From positions 496,001 through 560,000 of the forward strand of contig JAHLTZ010000013.1 in assembly GCA_025786725.1 (NCBI GenBank): 64,000 nucleotides of DNA. Direction: 5' to 3'. Source of the DNA: Syncephalis fuscata S228. Taxonomy: Eukaryota; Fungi; Zoopagomycota. A program made the position numbers and the translations under genes. Within the stretch, counting starts at the first letter, position 1. Each line of letters begins with the position of its first letter. This document shows positions 1 through 12,300 of this stretch, in pieces. The notes under the pieces were generated by a model, which ran no database searches, had not been told where the DNA came from, and worked only from the letters and a program-made list of their open reading frames with translations.

Positions 1-3000
1 TTTCTACTTCAATGGTCTGTCTAACCGCCCATTGTAAGCAGTCAACCAGCTGTAGAACGTAACTAAGCGATAATCCAACCAGACTCGCCTAGTATAGTAT
101 GGTTAATATTAATAAATATAAAAATATGTACTCATTGCTTGACTATACGTACTTGTTGTGAACTGCGCATAATAATGCTTACAAATGCCATTAGTGCTAA
201 TAGGAAGCCGGAACAAACATCAAGACGGAATCCGACCCATCGAGCACAGCCTAGAAAAGCAAAGAAGGCTCGAGCATTGGCGTTCTGTGCTTCTGAAAAC
301 TGTTTCCAGAATCGGTCTTGAGCATTATAGGCACGGACTGTAACCAGACCATAGAGCGTTTCTAAATAAATACATTATAATCGTAAGCATATAGGGACAC
401 TTGTTAGATTGAATGCGTTGTAGTACCTGATAGCAGTGAGTAGACGGGACTGCGGGTTACACTTTCGATACGTTTTACTTGTCGACTAGCATTCATGTAG
501 AGCCAACGAAGAACCATGAAACTTGCCAAGATAAATGGAATGGCAATCATAATAAATGGATTTACAATGGAAATAACAACCAGTGCACCAAGAATAAGGA
601 ACAAGCATTGAATGGCATCGAATAGTGTCATGGGCAGTAATTCATCCACATTCGATTGATCCTTGGAGAAACGATTAAGAATACGGCCATGTGGATTGAC
701 ATGGAAGAATTGCATCGACGTAGTAAGAATCTATGCATGTAGAGAGAGAGGTTAGTATATGCACAGCTGTATGGGTAATGCGTGTAGCGACTTACTGAGT
801 GAAGCATGGCCCGGAACATCCATCGACTTGCATTAAGTAGAAGCCAAAAGGACACGGTGGTACGGATGACGGCAATGATACAAGCACCAATTACTAGGCC
901 AATGTAGATGTAGGATATATGCCAGTCGGTTTGTTGTGATACTGGTGTATTGGCCCACCGAGCAAGGAACCAATCGGCCGCCACCATCACTGCCTGACCA
1001 CCAGAAAGCGCACAAGCAGCTAGAACGATCACTGGCGCAGATGCACCAAATCGGAAGAATTGCCAGTAAGTTGACAGAGGTGTATTGCCTTCTGCTTGGT
1101 CTTCCATGGGGCGATTATTATTACTGGTAGGTGCGCCTGATTCGTCTATTTCTGGTAGTATATCCATATCATCTAACGATCGATCGATATAGGAAAGGTC
1201 CGAACGCGTTGATAGAATAGTTGCTTGTGAACGGGCCGTGGAAGATTTGTGCAATCGAGTTATAATTGGTTGGAAATCCATTGTCTGGCTACGACAACTT
1301 CCGGCCATGCTATTAAGTGTATTAGAGCGTTGCTTATTATTACTAGTAGCCGTAAGTGCAGATGGCACCGCCAATAATTCATTGTTATCGTTAACGGAGC
1401 TGGCATCGTCACTGCTATCTGATTGGCGCGCATATTCACGCAATTCACTAAGAAATTGGCTTTTAGAATCGGTAGAGTCTATTTCCTGTTCGAGTACTTC
1501 ATAGGGATTGCCAAGGGCGACAATACGGCCCTCATCAAGCACTAAGACGCGGTCACAATGGCGAGTAAATTGCAGCTGGTGAGTGACGAGAAGACGTGGC
1601 CGATCAGATAGCAATTTACGTAATGCATTTTCAAATAAATGGCGTGCTACATGTGGATCTACTGCCGACAATGGATCATCAAGTACGTAGAGATCAGCCC
1701 GCATATAAACAGCTCTGCCAAAGCAATACGCGCCCGTTGTCCACCACTAAAGCGGTAGTAGTAATAATGGTAAGTAAGGGATATGCGAGGTATGGTATTA
1801 AATAGCAGGTCTTACCTTAGAGTGACACCACGCTCACCGATATAAGTGTTATCGCCGGAACTTAGCAGTTCAAAGTCCTTTTCAAGGGCACAGCCTTCCA
1901 CTACTTGTCTGTACCAAGTGGCATCATATTGCTCGCCAAATAGAATGTTGTCACGGACCGTACCCGATAAAATCCATGGATGCTGTGCTAGATAGGCAAT
2001 GCGCATTTTGCCATCCGCATGACGTGGTTTAAGGTGTACTGACATTTGACCTGAAATAGGTAACAGTTCACGAAGTACAGCCATACAAAGTGATGATTTG
2101 CCACTACGTAAAATAGTGTTACGAATAGCGTGTAGTTTATAATTAGTATTTATAATAGCAATAAATTGTGCTTAATTACCTGCCGACGGGTCCTACTACT
2201 ACTAGTAGCTCATCTTTCATTAAATCTAGTGTAATATCTTCTAGAACGAGTTGTTCAGGCAATGTATCGTCGGTGGACACTGACTTCTTTATAGATGGCA
2301 TTTTGCTTACGGCTATGGTTTCTTCTTCAATAAGTGCGTTGACGGGTGGCGCTTTAGTATCGGTAATGGCCAGTGTATCTGTATCTTTCTTTTTCTTATC
2401 GGTTTTAAGTAGAGCGTTCATGGCGGCGGCAGATCTTGTGGCCCAAGTAAAGTTTGCTTGGCCAAAGGATATAATGGCCTGGCTATTGGGAGTATCGTCG
2501 GTATCGGCGGGTGCTGTCTCCGTTTCGTTGATTAATAGGTCGCTGACTTCAGGCAGCTGTAGAAAGGCGACAATACGACGCACAGAGACAGTACACTCGG
2601 CCCATTTCTCAATAGCCATTGGGAAGAAGACGCCCATAGTAGTACGCATGACATTAAACAGTGCCAGCGATGTAAATACCTTGTCTGGAGTAAGTGCATT
2701 GCCTGCTGCATAATAAGCAGTGAATGTGCATAGCGATACCAGTCCTATGAATGATAATAATAAATGTATTTAATAAGTGGCTAATATTTAGCTAATTGGG
2801 TAATTAGTTTTAATGGTTACCTGAAATAACAAAGTGAATACTTTCACTAAAGGCTTTCATCCAAGCAGCACTCATTAAAGAGTTTAATTCTCTATCACGC
2901 TTTTCGTTTACAGTCTTTTCTAATGGATCTTCCCAAGCCGATCTATATTACATTTTATTAGTAATATGGTATTGATGAAAGTTGTGAAGCTATATTAGTA

Positions 3001-4226
3001 ACTTACAGTTTGACCAATTCAATACCGGACAACAAATCACCGACGGTTCTTATTCTGTCATCCTATTTAAAGTACAAATGATAATGTTAATTAAATAAAA
3101 GTTGGACTATGTAAAATAAAGTAAATGGAAGAATACTTACTCGATAGTTTGACGTTTTATGACGAATACGAGAATAGCGACGGGCAAATAGACTATGTAG
3201 TGGCACAAGCATAATAAGAACACCCATGCCTACAAAGGCAGCCCATCCAATACGCAAGTAAAGAGCAACCATGATAAGAATAAGTTCAAGTGGAGCAGCC
3301 CATATAAAATGAGCATGGGCAGAAGCGGTTTCAAAGCACTGGACGTCATTTGACACCAGGTTCACCACCTCACCCGTACTGGTAGCTGCACTGGCTGGTA
3401 AAGCAAGTACTTTACGATATAAAAGTGCTAATTTAACAATGGTTAGTTTTAAATTATTTCATTGTACAAACTACTTACCAATTAGGCCAGATCGTGTTTG
3501 GAAACCAATACGCATGGCCGGGAAAAAGAACTGATGATGCAGAATAATATGGAGACTGACGGCAAGTGTAAGAGCCATGGCCCATAAATATCCCTATTAG
3601 AAATTATAAGAAATAGGTGATTAATCAGTAAGATGGATTAATAAGGTGAACTAGTACTTACTTCTTGATCTTTGGCTTCGGGACGTTGAAAGAAATTAAT
3701 AATTTGTCTAATAAAGTTAAATAAATAAAGAAATAAAGCAATGAATTAATATAGTTATTAATAAAATGTAACTGTTCTTACCCCAGAAATATTGCTTCAG
3801 ATATTTTTACTATGGACTCTGCGCAGCAAATTAGACCGGAGGTAATGACTGTATGGCCAAGTGTCTTGAATAGTACTCGCCATAGATTAGGCGATTTTTT
3901 CTTGTTTTGTTTGACTAGTTCAAGCTCAGTATCCCAGTGCATCTTCATAGTATCGGATAGTAAGCGGCAGTCGTCATCAGGACTAAATATAATATAATGT
4001 AGTGAGTCCTTTTATGTTATCATCATTTTAATCTCACGCTTTTTACTTACCATAGTTCTGGTAAATGATCTTCAGTAATTCGTACACGCCTACCCAGCAT
4101 AACAAATGGGTTCATCCACTGAAAAGTAAGACGTGAAAAAAACCCGGCCTTTATTAATGGTGATACCGATACATCGAGGCCATCAATAGGCGGTCTCTGC
4201 GATGGTGGAACCGTCATTTCTTCCAT
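1..4226 (-). CDS. ABCC/MRP-family ABC transporter (short type without TMD0, ABCC4/YOR1-like); multi-exon; 3' end runs off the window
   Basis: Spliced exons give N-terminal AGFFSRLTFQWMNP, TMD1 (GEVVNLVSNDVQ, HFIWAAPLE), NBD1 Walker A VVGPVGSGKSS, IGERGVTLSGGQR, LYVLDDPLSAVD, and TMD2 (FFHVNPHGRILNRFSKD, SRQVKRIESVTRSPVYS). ATG at 4226-4224. Confidence 0.95.
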
Positions 4227-5169
4227 CTTGATAAACGTTTCACTAGGCTGGCTTGGCTTATACTAAGAAAAATTAAAAAATAAAGTAAAATACTAGGCAC
4301 TATTTTTTAAGTGCCGCTAGTAATTAGACCACACACAAACACACATAAACGTATAGGTGCGATAGAAGGGAGCGCAAAGAAGAGAAATTTCGTTATATTT
4401 GTCGTTTTCGTCCCGGTACAAGTTAGAAATATGACAGCAGCATACGAGTATTGACGGCAGATAGTAAAATTGTATTACACGAGAAGAAGAGAAAAATGGG
4501 ACAACGGATAGCATGTTTTATATATTGATAGTGACTCAGATCGGAGGATAGATTTTCCATTTCTAATTACCGGATTTAGAAGCATGCACATTAAAAGACG
4601 GTCACTACTATCAGTACAACATGGCTTTATTAATAAAACAAAAATAGTGATACAGATGTTTATTTATATAACTAGTGTGGTTGACTCATTATTATGGTAT
4701 TTAATATTACTTGTAAGGGTAATCGCTGATTAATACATGTAATAAATTAGTATGAGCAAATTTAAAATAATACTGCTTGTTAGTTGGTGGTTAGAACAAT
4801 GCTGATTAATACACCACCATACGGCTAAGGGGAGCATTGAAGCAGTGTGCTGTTATTGATTCATGAAAGGAAACGATGGCTGCAATGCAATGCAGTAAAC
4901 ACGCTTGTTTTAGAACTTTCCGTAACTATGATACGACAATGCAATGAGTATCATATTAATATACAACCAATGTTACACTACATATGTGAATGGATACAAT
5001 AAAGAATAGAAGCCACCAAAGAATTTATTGGTTACGCAACCATAGTCACACACAGGCAAATTAAATTTTGATTATTACTGTCATTACTATCATTATTAGT
5101 CGTATTATTGCTAATGTTATGGCCAGAATGGCGCAATAACTGTAGCAAAAATGGCCCATCAACCATCAT

Positions 5170-7081
5170 TTAGTTGGTGGCGGCTTTGTTACACTCGGCA
5201 GGAACAGTGAAGTCTTCGGTGACCTTGCTTTCACCGTCAGTTGATGCCTTCACACCAACACCACGCTTGGCGAAAGCGGTCCAGATTTCACACTTGTGCT
5301 TGCCACCAGTGTTTTGCTGTTCAGCTTGGAGGATGGCGTCACGAGCAGAAACGAAGGTTGGATTGCAAGGCTGTAGCTTCATACCATCGATAACGAGCTT
5401 GGTGGCCAATGTATTACCCTTGGTGAGGTCAGCAGAGTAGAAGTCCTGCTATAGCCAAGCTTGTCAACAAGGTTCCAGTAGACTTCGTAGAGCATGTTGG
5501 CCCAGATCTCGCCAATGGCGTGGACTTCATCCCAGCCAGAAGTGTAGACTTTACCATAAGTTGTTGGATTTGTTGATTTGTTGGTGGAATATGGATAGGT
5601 ACGGATACCCTTGCCGTAGACGTAGTCACCAAGGCTCATGTCCTTTGTGCGCTTATCGTTAGCCTTTAGACGTAGCCAGACACCGAAGAAATCGCCCCAG
5701 CCTTCGCCCATACCGCCAGACTCGTAGTCATCGAGACAGCGGACATTGGATGGACCACCAGTTAGACGATTGGAGATACCGTGTGAGTATTCGTGGACGA
5801 CAATGTCGTTTTCAAAGTCACCGTCGCGCTTTGGATTCGTCTGGGTCCAGACGTACATGCGCATGCGTGGGCGCTGACCATCAGGTGGAGTGTAGAAGTT
5901 GGCGTTGTTGGTACCGCTTGGATCTTGAGCATTGGCTTCGACGTGATCGCCGCCCTTACCGCCCTTGCCATAGTTATCGTTTTGGAAGTTACCAGCAGCT
6001 TCATCAAAACCGTAACGGTAGAAGATGTCGTGCATGATGTTGTTCACGTAGAACAGATTGGTAACAGCCGCATCACGATAGGTAGATGGGTCCTTCTTCA
6101 AATCGACAGGGAAGTCGAATTTAAGATCGTTGGATACAGGCTGGGCCACTGGCTTAGTGCTGCGCCAGCCACCTGGTACGTAGGCCTCGACGTTATTACC
6201 ACGGGTAGTCTTGGTGACACCGCCGGTAAAGTCTTGCCATGTCTTGGGCGAAGCCGTCTTGTCGTGTGGGTCGGTGACGATAGTGCGCTTGTCAGTGCCC
6301 AAATCGTTATCGCCACCTTAATGACGTTGTAGCTGGCATCAGATACCCAGTCGTTAAGTGAGAGGACGGTCTTGCCATCGGCAGATACGTGTACGTTGAA
6401 GTAGTTGGCACCGAGATCAACAAAGAATTCCCAAGCAGCTTCAAGCTTGCCATCCTTAGTTTGGATGTAAGATTGTTGGGCTACAACATCTTCCAAAGTG
6501 TAATCGACACCCTTTAGAACATATTGCTGCTTCTTGGTCTCTGGATCTTGGCGTGGCGATTCGCTAAGCTTAGCGGCATCAACTGGCTTGCCGATATAGT
6601 CGGCAACAGTCTTGAAAGCATCACGTGGGCTGACGAATCGTGGGGCCGATTGACCAGCCCATAAGTTGCGCTTTGAGTTATCGGTGCCATGGTAGAAGTT
6701 ATCACCGAAGGCAATAACATTGCCCTTAGCATCAACGTGGACGGCCAAGTCACCGTTGGTGACCTCAACACCTTGGACGAGCTGCTTCAAGTAAACGTGG
6801 GTAATGCTTGGGCTCTTGGTGGTATACGAGCTCTTGACGGTGTAGTCGCTATCCTTTAGCTTGAGCTGGCCACGGGCAAAAGCCAGTGCAACATCCTTGG
6901 GATTGCCAGCCGGGGCAAAGCTGTTGCCACGTCCCTTAAGATCGGATGAGACGGCGGCCACCTCGAATTTTGGTGATGGGCCTGGTCGCTTGTGTTGGAC
7001 CTTAAGACGTTCACCGGAGATCACACCAGCAGCACTGGCTACAGCCAGCACCATAAGAGCAAATTGAGCTGTCATACGCAT
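5170..7081 (-). CDS. Secreted M36 fungalysin metalloprotease (signal peptide, FTP propeptide, HEXXH); intronless; two single-base frameshifts (~6313, ~5446) probably assembly errors
   Basis: MRMTAQFALMVLAVASAAG signal; THVYLKQLVQGVEVTNGD propeptide; TNLFYVNNIMHD, GFDEAAGNFQNDN, NNANFYTPPDG, HEYSHGISNRLTGG, GMGEGWGD, EVHAIGEIWA, GMKLQPCNPTFVSARDAI spread over three consecutive ORFs, each joined by adding one base. Confidence 0.95.
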
Positions 7082-9342
7082 TTTGAAATTGGTAAAAATA
7101 ATAAGACGTAACAATCAGAACGTTAAATAGGACGTTAGAAATAACAAGTGGTGAAGGTAAGTGCAAATTCAATGAAGGCGCGCGCGTTAGCAAAATAAAA
7201 ACAGTTAGAGTCGTCAATTGATTTGAACAAAAAAAGCGTGTTAACGTTAGAATGATAAGAGAGATGGCGTGAGAGGTTAGAAGAGTTGGTAGAAGCAAAA
7301 GCGAAGGTGGATAGAGAGGTGGATAGAGAGGTGGAGAGTGAGATAGAACAGTTGAATTGAATATTGCTACAGCTAGACGTTTAGCATGTCGTATTAAATA
7401 GCTGCTACTCGAGCAGGCAGCTATCAGCGATGACATATTCTTGCTATTGCTTGTACAAGCAGATCAGCTGCTCATTACAGAGTCCAGCCTAGGTTTGGTT
7501 AACCATATGACGTTGTTCGTGTGTTGCCACGAACATACTTTGCCCACCTAATGTCGTACAATAAGTTGGCTATTCACTACAGTGACGATATAGCCTATAT
7601 CCTTACCATCGTGCGCTCAAACAAACAAAGTCACACTGAGTAACAGGTGTATTGTGTCCGTAACTCCATTGTTTTATTATGTTCAATCGTTAACGCAATA
7701 TCAATAGCAATAACAATAGCAATTATAATCATATTAATTGTGTAAAAGTGTTTTATGAAATGAATTACTCAAAATGGATAATGCAATTAATTGCATTGCC
7801 AAGCTTGTCACTTGACAAAATAATAAATGCATGATAAGCAATTTTTGTCTATTTTCGTGGCTGCCATACAAAGTCTAGTTACACGAGATGATCAGCTGAT
7901 TTTACGACACCATTCCGAGCAATCTTGTTTGTATTTATGAAAATAAGGCCTATAGCGAGCATTTCTATTGAAACAGCAACAACAATAGTAACAGTATTGT
8001 CGTTGTTTGGTTTCCCAACTACTGGGAAGTCGGGTGCACGTAGTTGCCGACGCATATCGTAAAAGTATAGTGTTGAAGCGATGATATGGGAAAGAAAAGG
8101 GAAGACTGGGTACTAAAGAGTGACGAGCAAGTTTTAGCAAACTGGATATTGCCAAGTAAATTCGATATTGCGCCTATCCTTCACCGAACTAGCTGCCTAG
8201 ACGCGTAGTGAATACGGCATTATTCGTTGGCTCAGCAGCTGCAGCTGTGATTTTTTTGACGGCATGCTACTGCCGACGCATCTATAATAGACTATATGAT
8301 GGCTATTCGTATGTATAGAATCGCGCCACTCGCCTATGGTTGCTGTCGCTGTTTTAATGGGCTACACAGGCCCTACAAATTACACGTGCAATTACTGGCT
8401 GGCACTGCAGGAGATAAATTGGCAACTACTAGCTTGCTAGCTATATTGCTTCCATATAAACGCCGTGCCACAGTAAACTACAGGTGCCGTTTTGTTACGG
8501 AGTAAATGACCATTAGCACGTAATGCACAACATTCTATCTCGGTTAATAGCGCTGAGGCATTGTACGCCAGCTATAGACAGGCCTGGCCATTTACTCTGC
8601 TATTTAGTGAATTGTTTGTGTACTACGTGCAAAAGCTGCCGTACAATTATTACTGATATAGCTATTGCTATCTAAACTTCACCATAGTTCAACAGCTATT
8701 GTCCAAAACAGCAGTGTGCGGAAATAATTTAATTCGATACCGGTAGCTGTAAATAGTATGCCAATTATGACCAGAATATAAATGGCTGGCACTGCTATTT
8801 ACCATCAAGCTTACACATGGATTGATTATAACTATTGAGTAACATTGTCGCGATAGGCAATGAGTTGAAATTGTGATAGCGTATTATTTCGATAAGACGG
8901 CGTGTTGTTTTACTCGGAAAATAGTGTATATTTAATTAAAACAGCGCATTTTTATAGACATGTAGGTTGGCAATATAATCTATACATTAAGCAAATACAC
9001 ATGTTGTTAATACAAATACATAGCTATAATGCTGCATTATTACTTTTATTTAATTTAATAAAGTAAATGGATTCAAATAATTGGATGGGTTAATTCAGCT
9101 GTCATAAACAATGTGTCGATAACATACTAGTTAGTTAATAAATCAAATATACATATTTATAATATTGCATTTTTATTTCTATTAATCCGAGTTATTCATG
9201 AATAGCTGTGGTCGATAATAAACTCCCAAAACTATATTGTTATCAATTACAAAATGACTATAAATAGCAAATATTATATATTAAAACTGTGATATGCCAT
9301 AATGGCAAAATAACGACAACATTAGCTTGATTGCAGTTATAA

Positions 9343-9358
9343 CAGATGATAACTATTT
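9343..9358 (+). repeat. Left target-site duplication of the LINE (CAGATGATAACTATTT)
   Basis: Identical 16-mer at 16098-16113; last bases overlap the (ATTTT)n tail. Confidence 0.9.
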
Positions 9359-9380
9359 TATTTTATTTTATTTTATTTTA
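9355..9380 (-). repeat. (TAAAA)5 3' tail of the LINE
   Basis: Five ATTTT units on the + strand, about 85 nt past the ORF stop codon. Confidence 0.85.
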
Positions 9381-12300
9381 TAATTAGCTAGAGTGAGGCA
9401 ACGGTCCGTGGGACCTATCCGCTTTTTGCAGAACTTGCCTGCCACATGACATGTGGTGGCTCCTCAGTTGGCTAATATTTGGGTGGGTGGTAGTGGTTGT
9501 TGCTGTCGCTGTGCTAGTGGCAATCTTAATCCTTGCAGTTTATTTGGCATTGTATATTCTTTTCTGTGTGTCGTCCAATGTTGCATTGTTGTTAGCGTAC
9601 CATAGTATAGCATTGCACTTCTTAGACTTCTCTTCTTGTTGCTCGACACCTCGCATTGGTCGATTGCGCGATTTGTCGTCATATTCATTAGTCCATTTTT
9701 CCCTGATTTGGATCTCCAGGGGGCGGTGATTATAATTTGGTTACTGATCTGCTTGATCCTATCGGGGTCCAGAACTGGTGCTTCTGGCTCTTCTGATTGG
9801 ATAATTTTTTTGACAGTTTTTGTACACTCTTTTTCTATCCTCTCGTATACTTTTTCAACGTCGACGTCATGAGAGCATAGTTTGCACTGTCTTGACAGGT
9901 CACACTCTTTCTCCTCCTCTTCATCTCCAATGCCACTTGGTGCTGATGCGGTATGTACTGCTGTAATGAAACTCCTCCACTTGGACATTACTATACTACT
10001 CCCCTTCACCTTCTTCATCTCTTTGTAGTCCATAATCTGCTGTGTCCACTTTACAGCTTCTGCCTTTCCTTCTTCCCCTCCTTCCGGCCATACGCATATA
10101 TCTTTGAAACGATCGTTTAGCACTTTCGTCGTTTCTTTACTTATACGATCTTTTTCCTTTTTCTTCATGATATATGCTATGCTTTGCAGTGATGTAGCCC
10201 CTTTGTCGACTATTCGGAACCGTAGTTTATTGGCCGCCATTTGGTTTAGCTTCCACGTTGGTCCCTCTCTGGCTGCCGCTACTTTCGCCAGCAGATCTGC
10301 TTTTTCGTTGCCTCGTATGCCGCTGTGTGCTTTCACCTTTTCCAGTGTGATATCGGCCCGGTTCTTTGTCACAGCTTGCAAGTGGTCCCATAGTACGGCG
10401 TTTGTCGTTGTATGCTGTACTGGCTTTTTTCCTTCAACATATCTCTTCCAGCCGTCTATCGTTGCTTGTGAGTCTGTTTTGAGTATCAGCTCCGTCTGCT
10501 TTGGGACTGTGGCTATTACATGTGCCAGCGCCAGTATTTCCGTTGACGTGGATGATAGGTCGCTATGGTGGATCCGCCCGCTAATAGCTAGATCTATAGC
10601 TTCGTTATGTTCGCATACCGCCGCAAATCCGCCTTTTGTTCTGGTCGAGTCAAGCGATCCGTCGGTGTACCAGGTGAGTGTTTTACTGTTTGCTAGTACT
10701 TCTGCATAATCACTGACATTTGTATATATGCTGTTGTACTCGGCTAGTTCACCTGGTGGTGCTGGCTTTGCTAAGTGGTCATCAGTGTTGACGTTACCGG
10801 CTATTTCATTTCCGACTCCTCCTCCGTCGCGCTCTATCGCTGCATACATTTCTCTACGTAGTGTATCGCTCTGTTTAGCCGTTAATTTCCACTCGTCTTT
10901 TATGTCTAGGATGTCATCTTCGTTGTCCATACGAATTACATCTTCCATATAGTACACGGATTGCTTGGCCAGCTTCCTTTTCAGTTCAGCTTTAAATGCT
11001 ATATTAGGTGCAGCTATTCTCAGTGGTGTACCGTTTGGTCTTCTCTCACTGGGCCATATGCCGTTTATCGCCGGTCTTATTGCTATCTGGTACTCTTCCA
11101 GATACTTGGTCGTGTTGGATATCAAATCTATCGATTTATACAGTTGCATTGGCCTTTCCCATGGCATGCATGGCAGATGTTGTCTGTATTTGGCCATCCA
11201 TAGCGCTGCATTCATCAAGTTAGCAGCTCTTCCACCGTTTTCTATTGTTCTGATAGCCGATGTTATCAGTCTGGTGTCACGACGAAGTTTCAGCGAGTCC
11301 AGCCCGATGTATGCGCTGTTATTGACTAGCACTGTTGGCGTATTTCTGCATACATATGCTTTTTTCTTGAGCAGTCCTCTCCATTTCCTCTCCATTATTT
11401 TCAGCTGCTCGTCTGTCATAGGTAGGTGTTGTATTCGGTGTACTATTGCTGGCATTAATACTGAATTAAATACATATACTAATATTTCTGTAGACAGTTT
11501 TTTCGGCGCTAGTATGTATATGAATTTGTTTATCGCCATATTCATTTCTTCTATCGCCTTGTAGCGCGCAGCTGGAGTGTGAGTGACATATGATCCAAGT
11601 ATTTTATGCGGTGCAGCGCTGTTCTGGACGTTGGTAATTGCCGTATTTTCGCCACTGCCTAGATTAATTATTGGGTCGGTTTCAGGCGCCGTTTTTGCAC
11701 TTGTCCATATTTGCGATTTGTGTGCCGCTACTTCTATCTGGTGTATGTCGAAGAATTCTGTGCATATATCTGCCAGCTTTTGCAGTCCTTCATATGTACC
11801 CGATACCAGGTGTAAGTCATCGGCAAACGCACCATATGTTAGTGTTGCTGTTCGTGCTTGTTGCATATACTCCGGCATTGGGTAGTGCTTGTTCACCAAC
11901 TCTCCTGCCTCCATGCCGTAGAAGCTGTTGTCTTCTAGTGCGGTAAGCAAAGGGTCGTAGAATATCTTCCATAGTAGTGGTGCATTGACTTCTCCTTGGT
12001 CTAGTCCTCTTTCTGGCGCAAAAGGATCGGTATTGCCATGTGCTGTGTTCACGCGTGTTGTCCTGCCCCCTGATATGTTCAGTAGCAGTTCAGTGTATTC
12101 ATCGGGTATACATAGTCTTTGTAGTGCCTTCTTTAGTCCACTCATTGGTACCGAGTCGTATGCGCGGCGGATATCTGTTGTGAGTACTAGCATATCTGCC
12201 TTTCCTGGTATTAATCGACTTATGTCCGCTGTTGCTTGGAATACGATTGATAGATCCGCCGTTTGTGCACCTGGCGTGAATCCGTGATTTTTACCACCCA

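Noticed and set aside
5440-6320. Programmed ribosomal frameshifting or true pseudogene status for the fungalysin
   Set aside because: No slippery heptamer, no nonsense codons, catalytic motifs intact, and the same 1-nt loss pattern occurs in unrelated conserved genes.
7305-7345. GGTGGATAGAGA tandem repeat; also (GCATATA)n near 23237-23300 and the 16-bp direct repeat at 16248-16284
   Set aside because: Ordinary short slippage repeats with no spacer structure; not CRISPR-like.
9396-9456. Hammerhead or HDV ribozyme in the LINE 3' UTR junction
   Set aside because: Junction strands are only 1-2 nt and lack the CUGANGA/GAAA core; no HDV pseudoknot evident.
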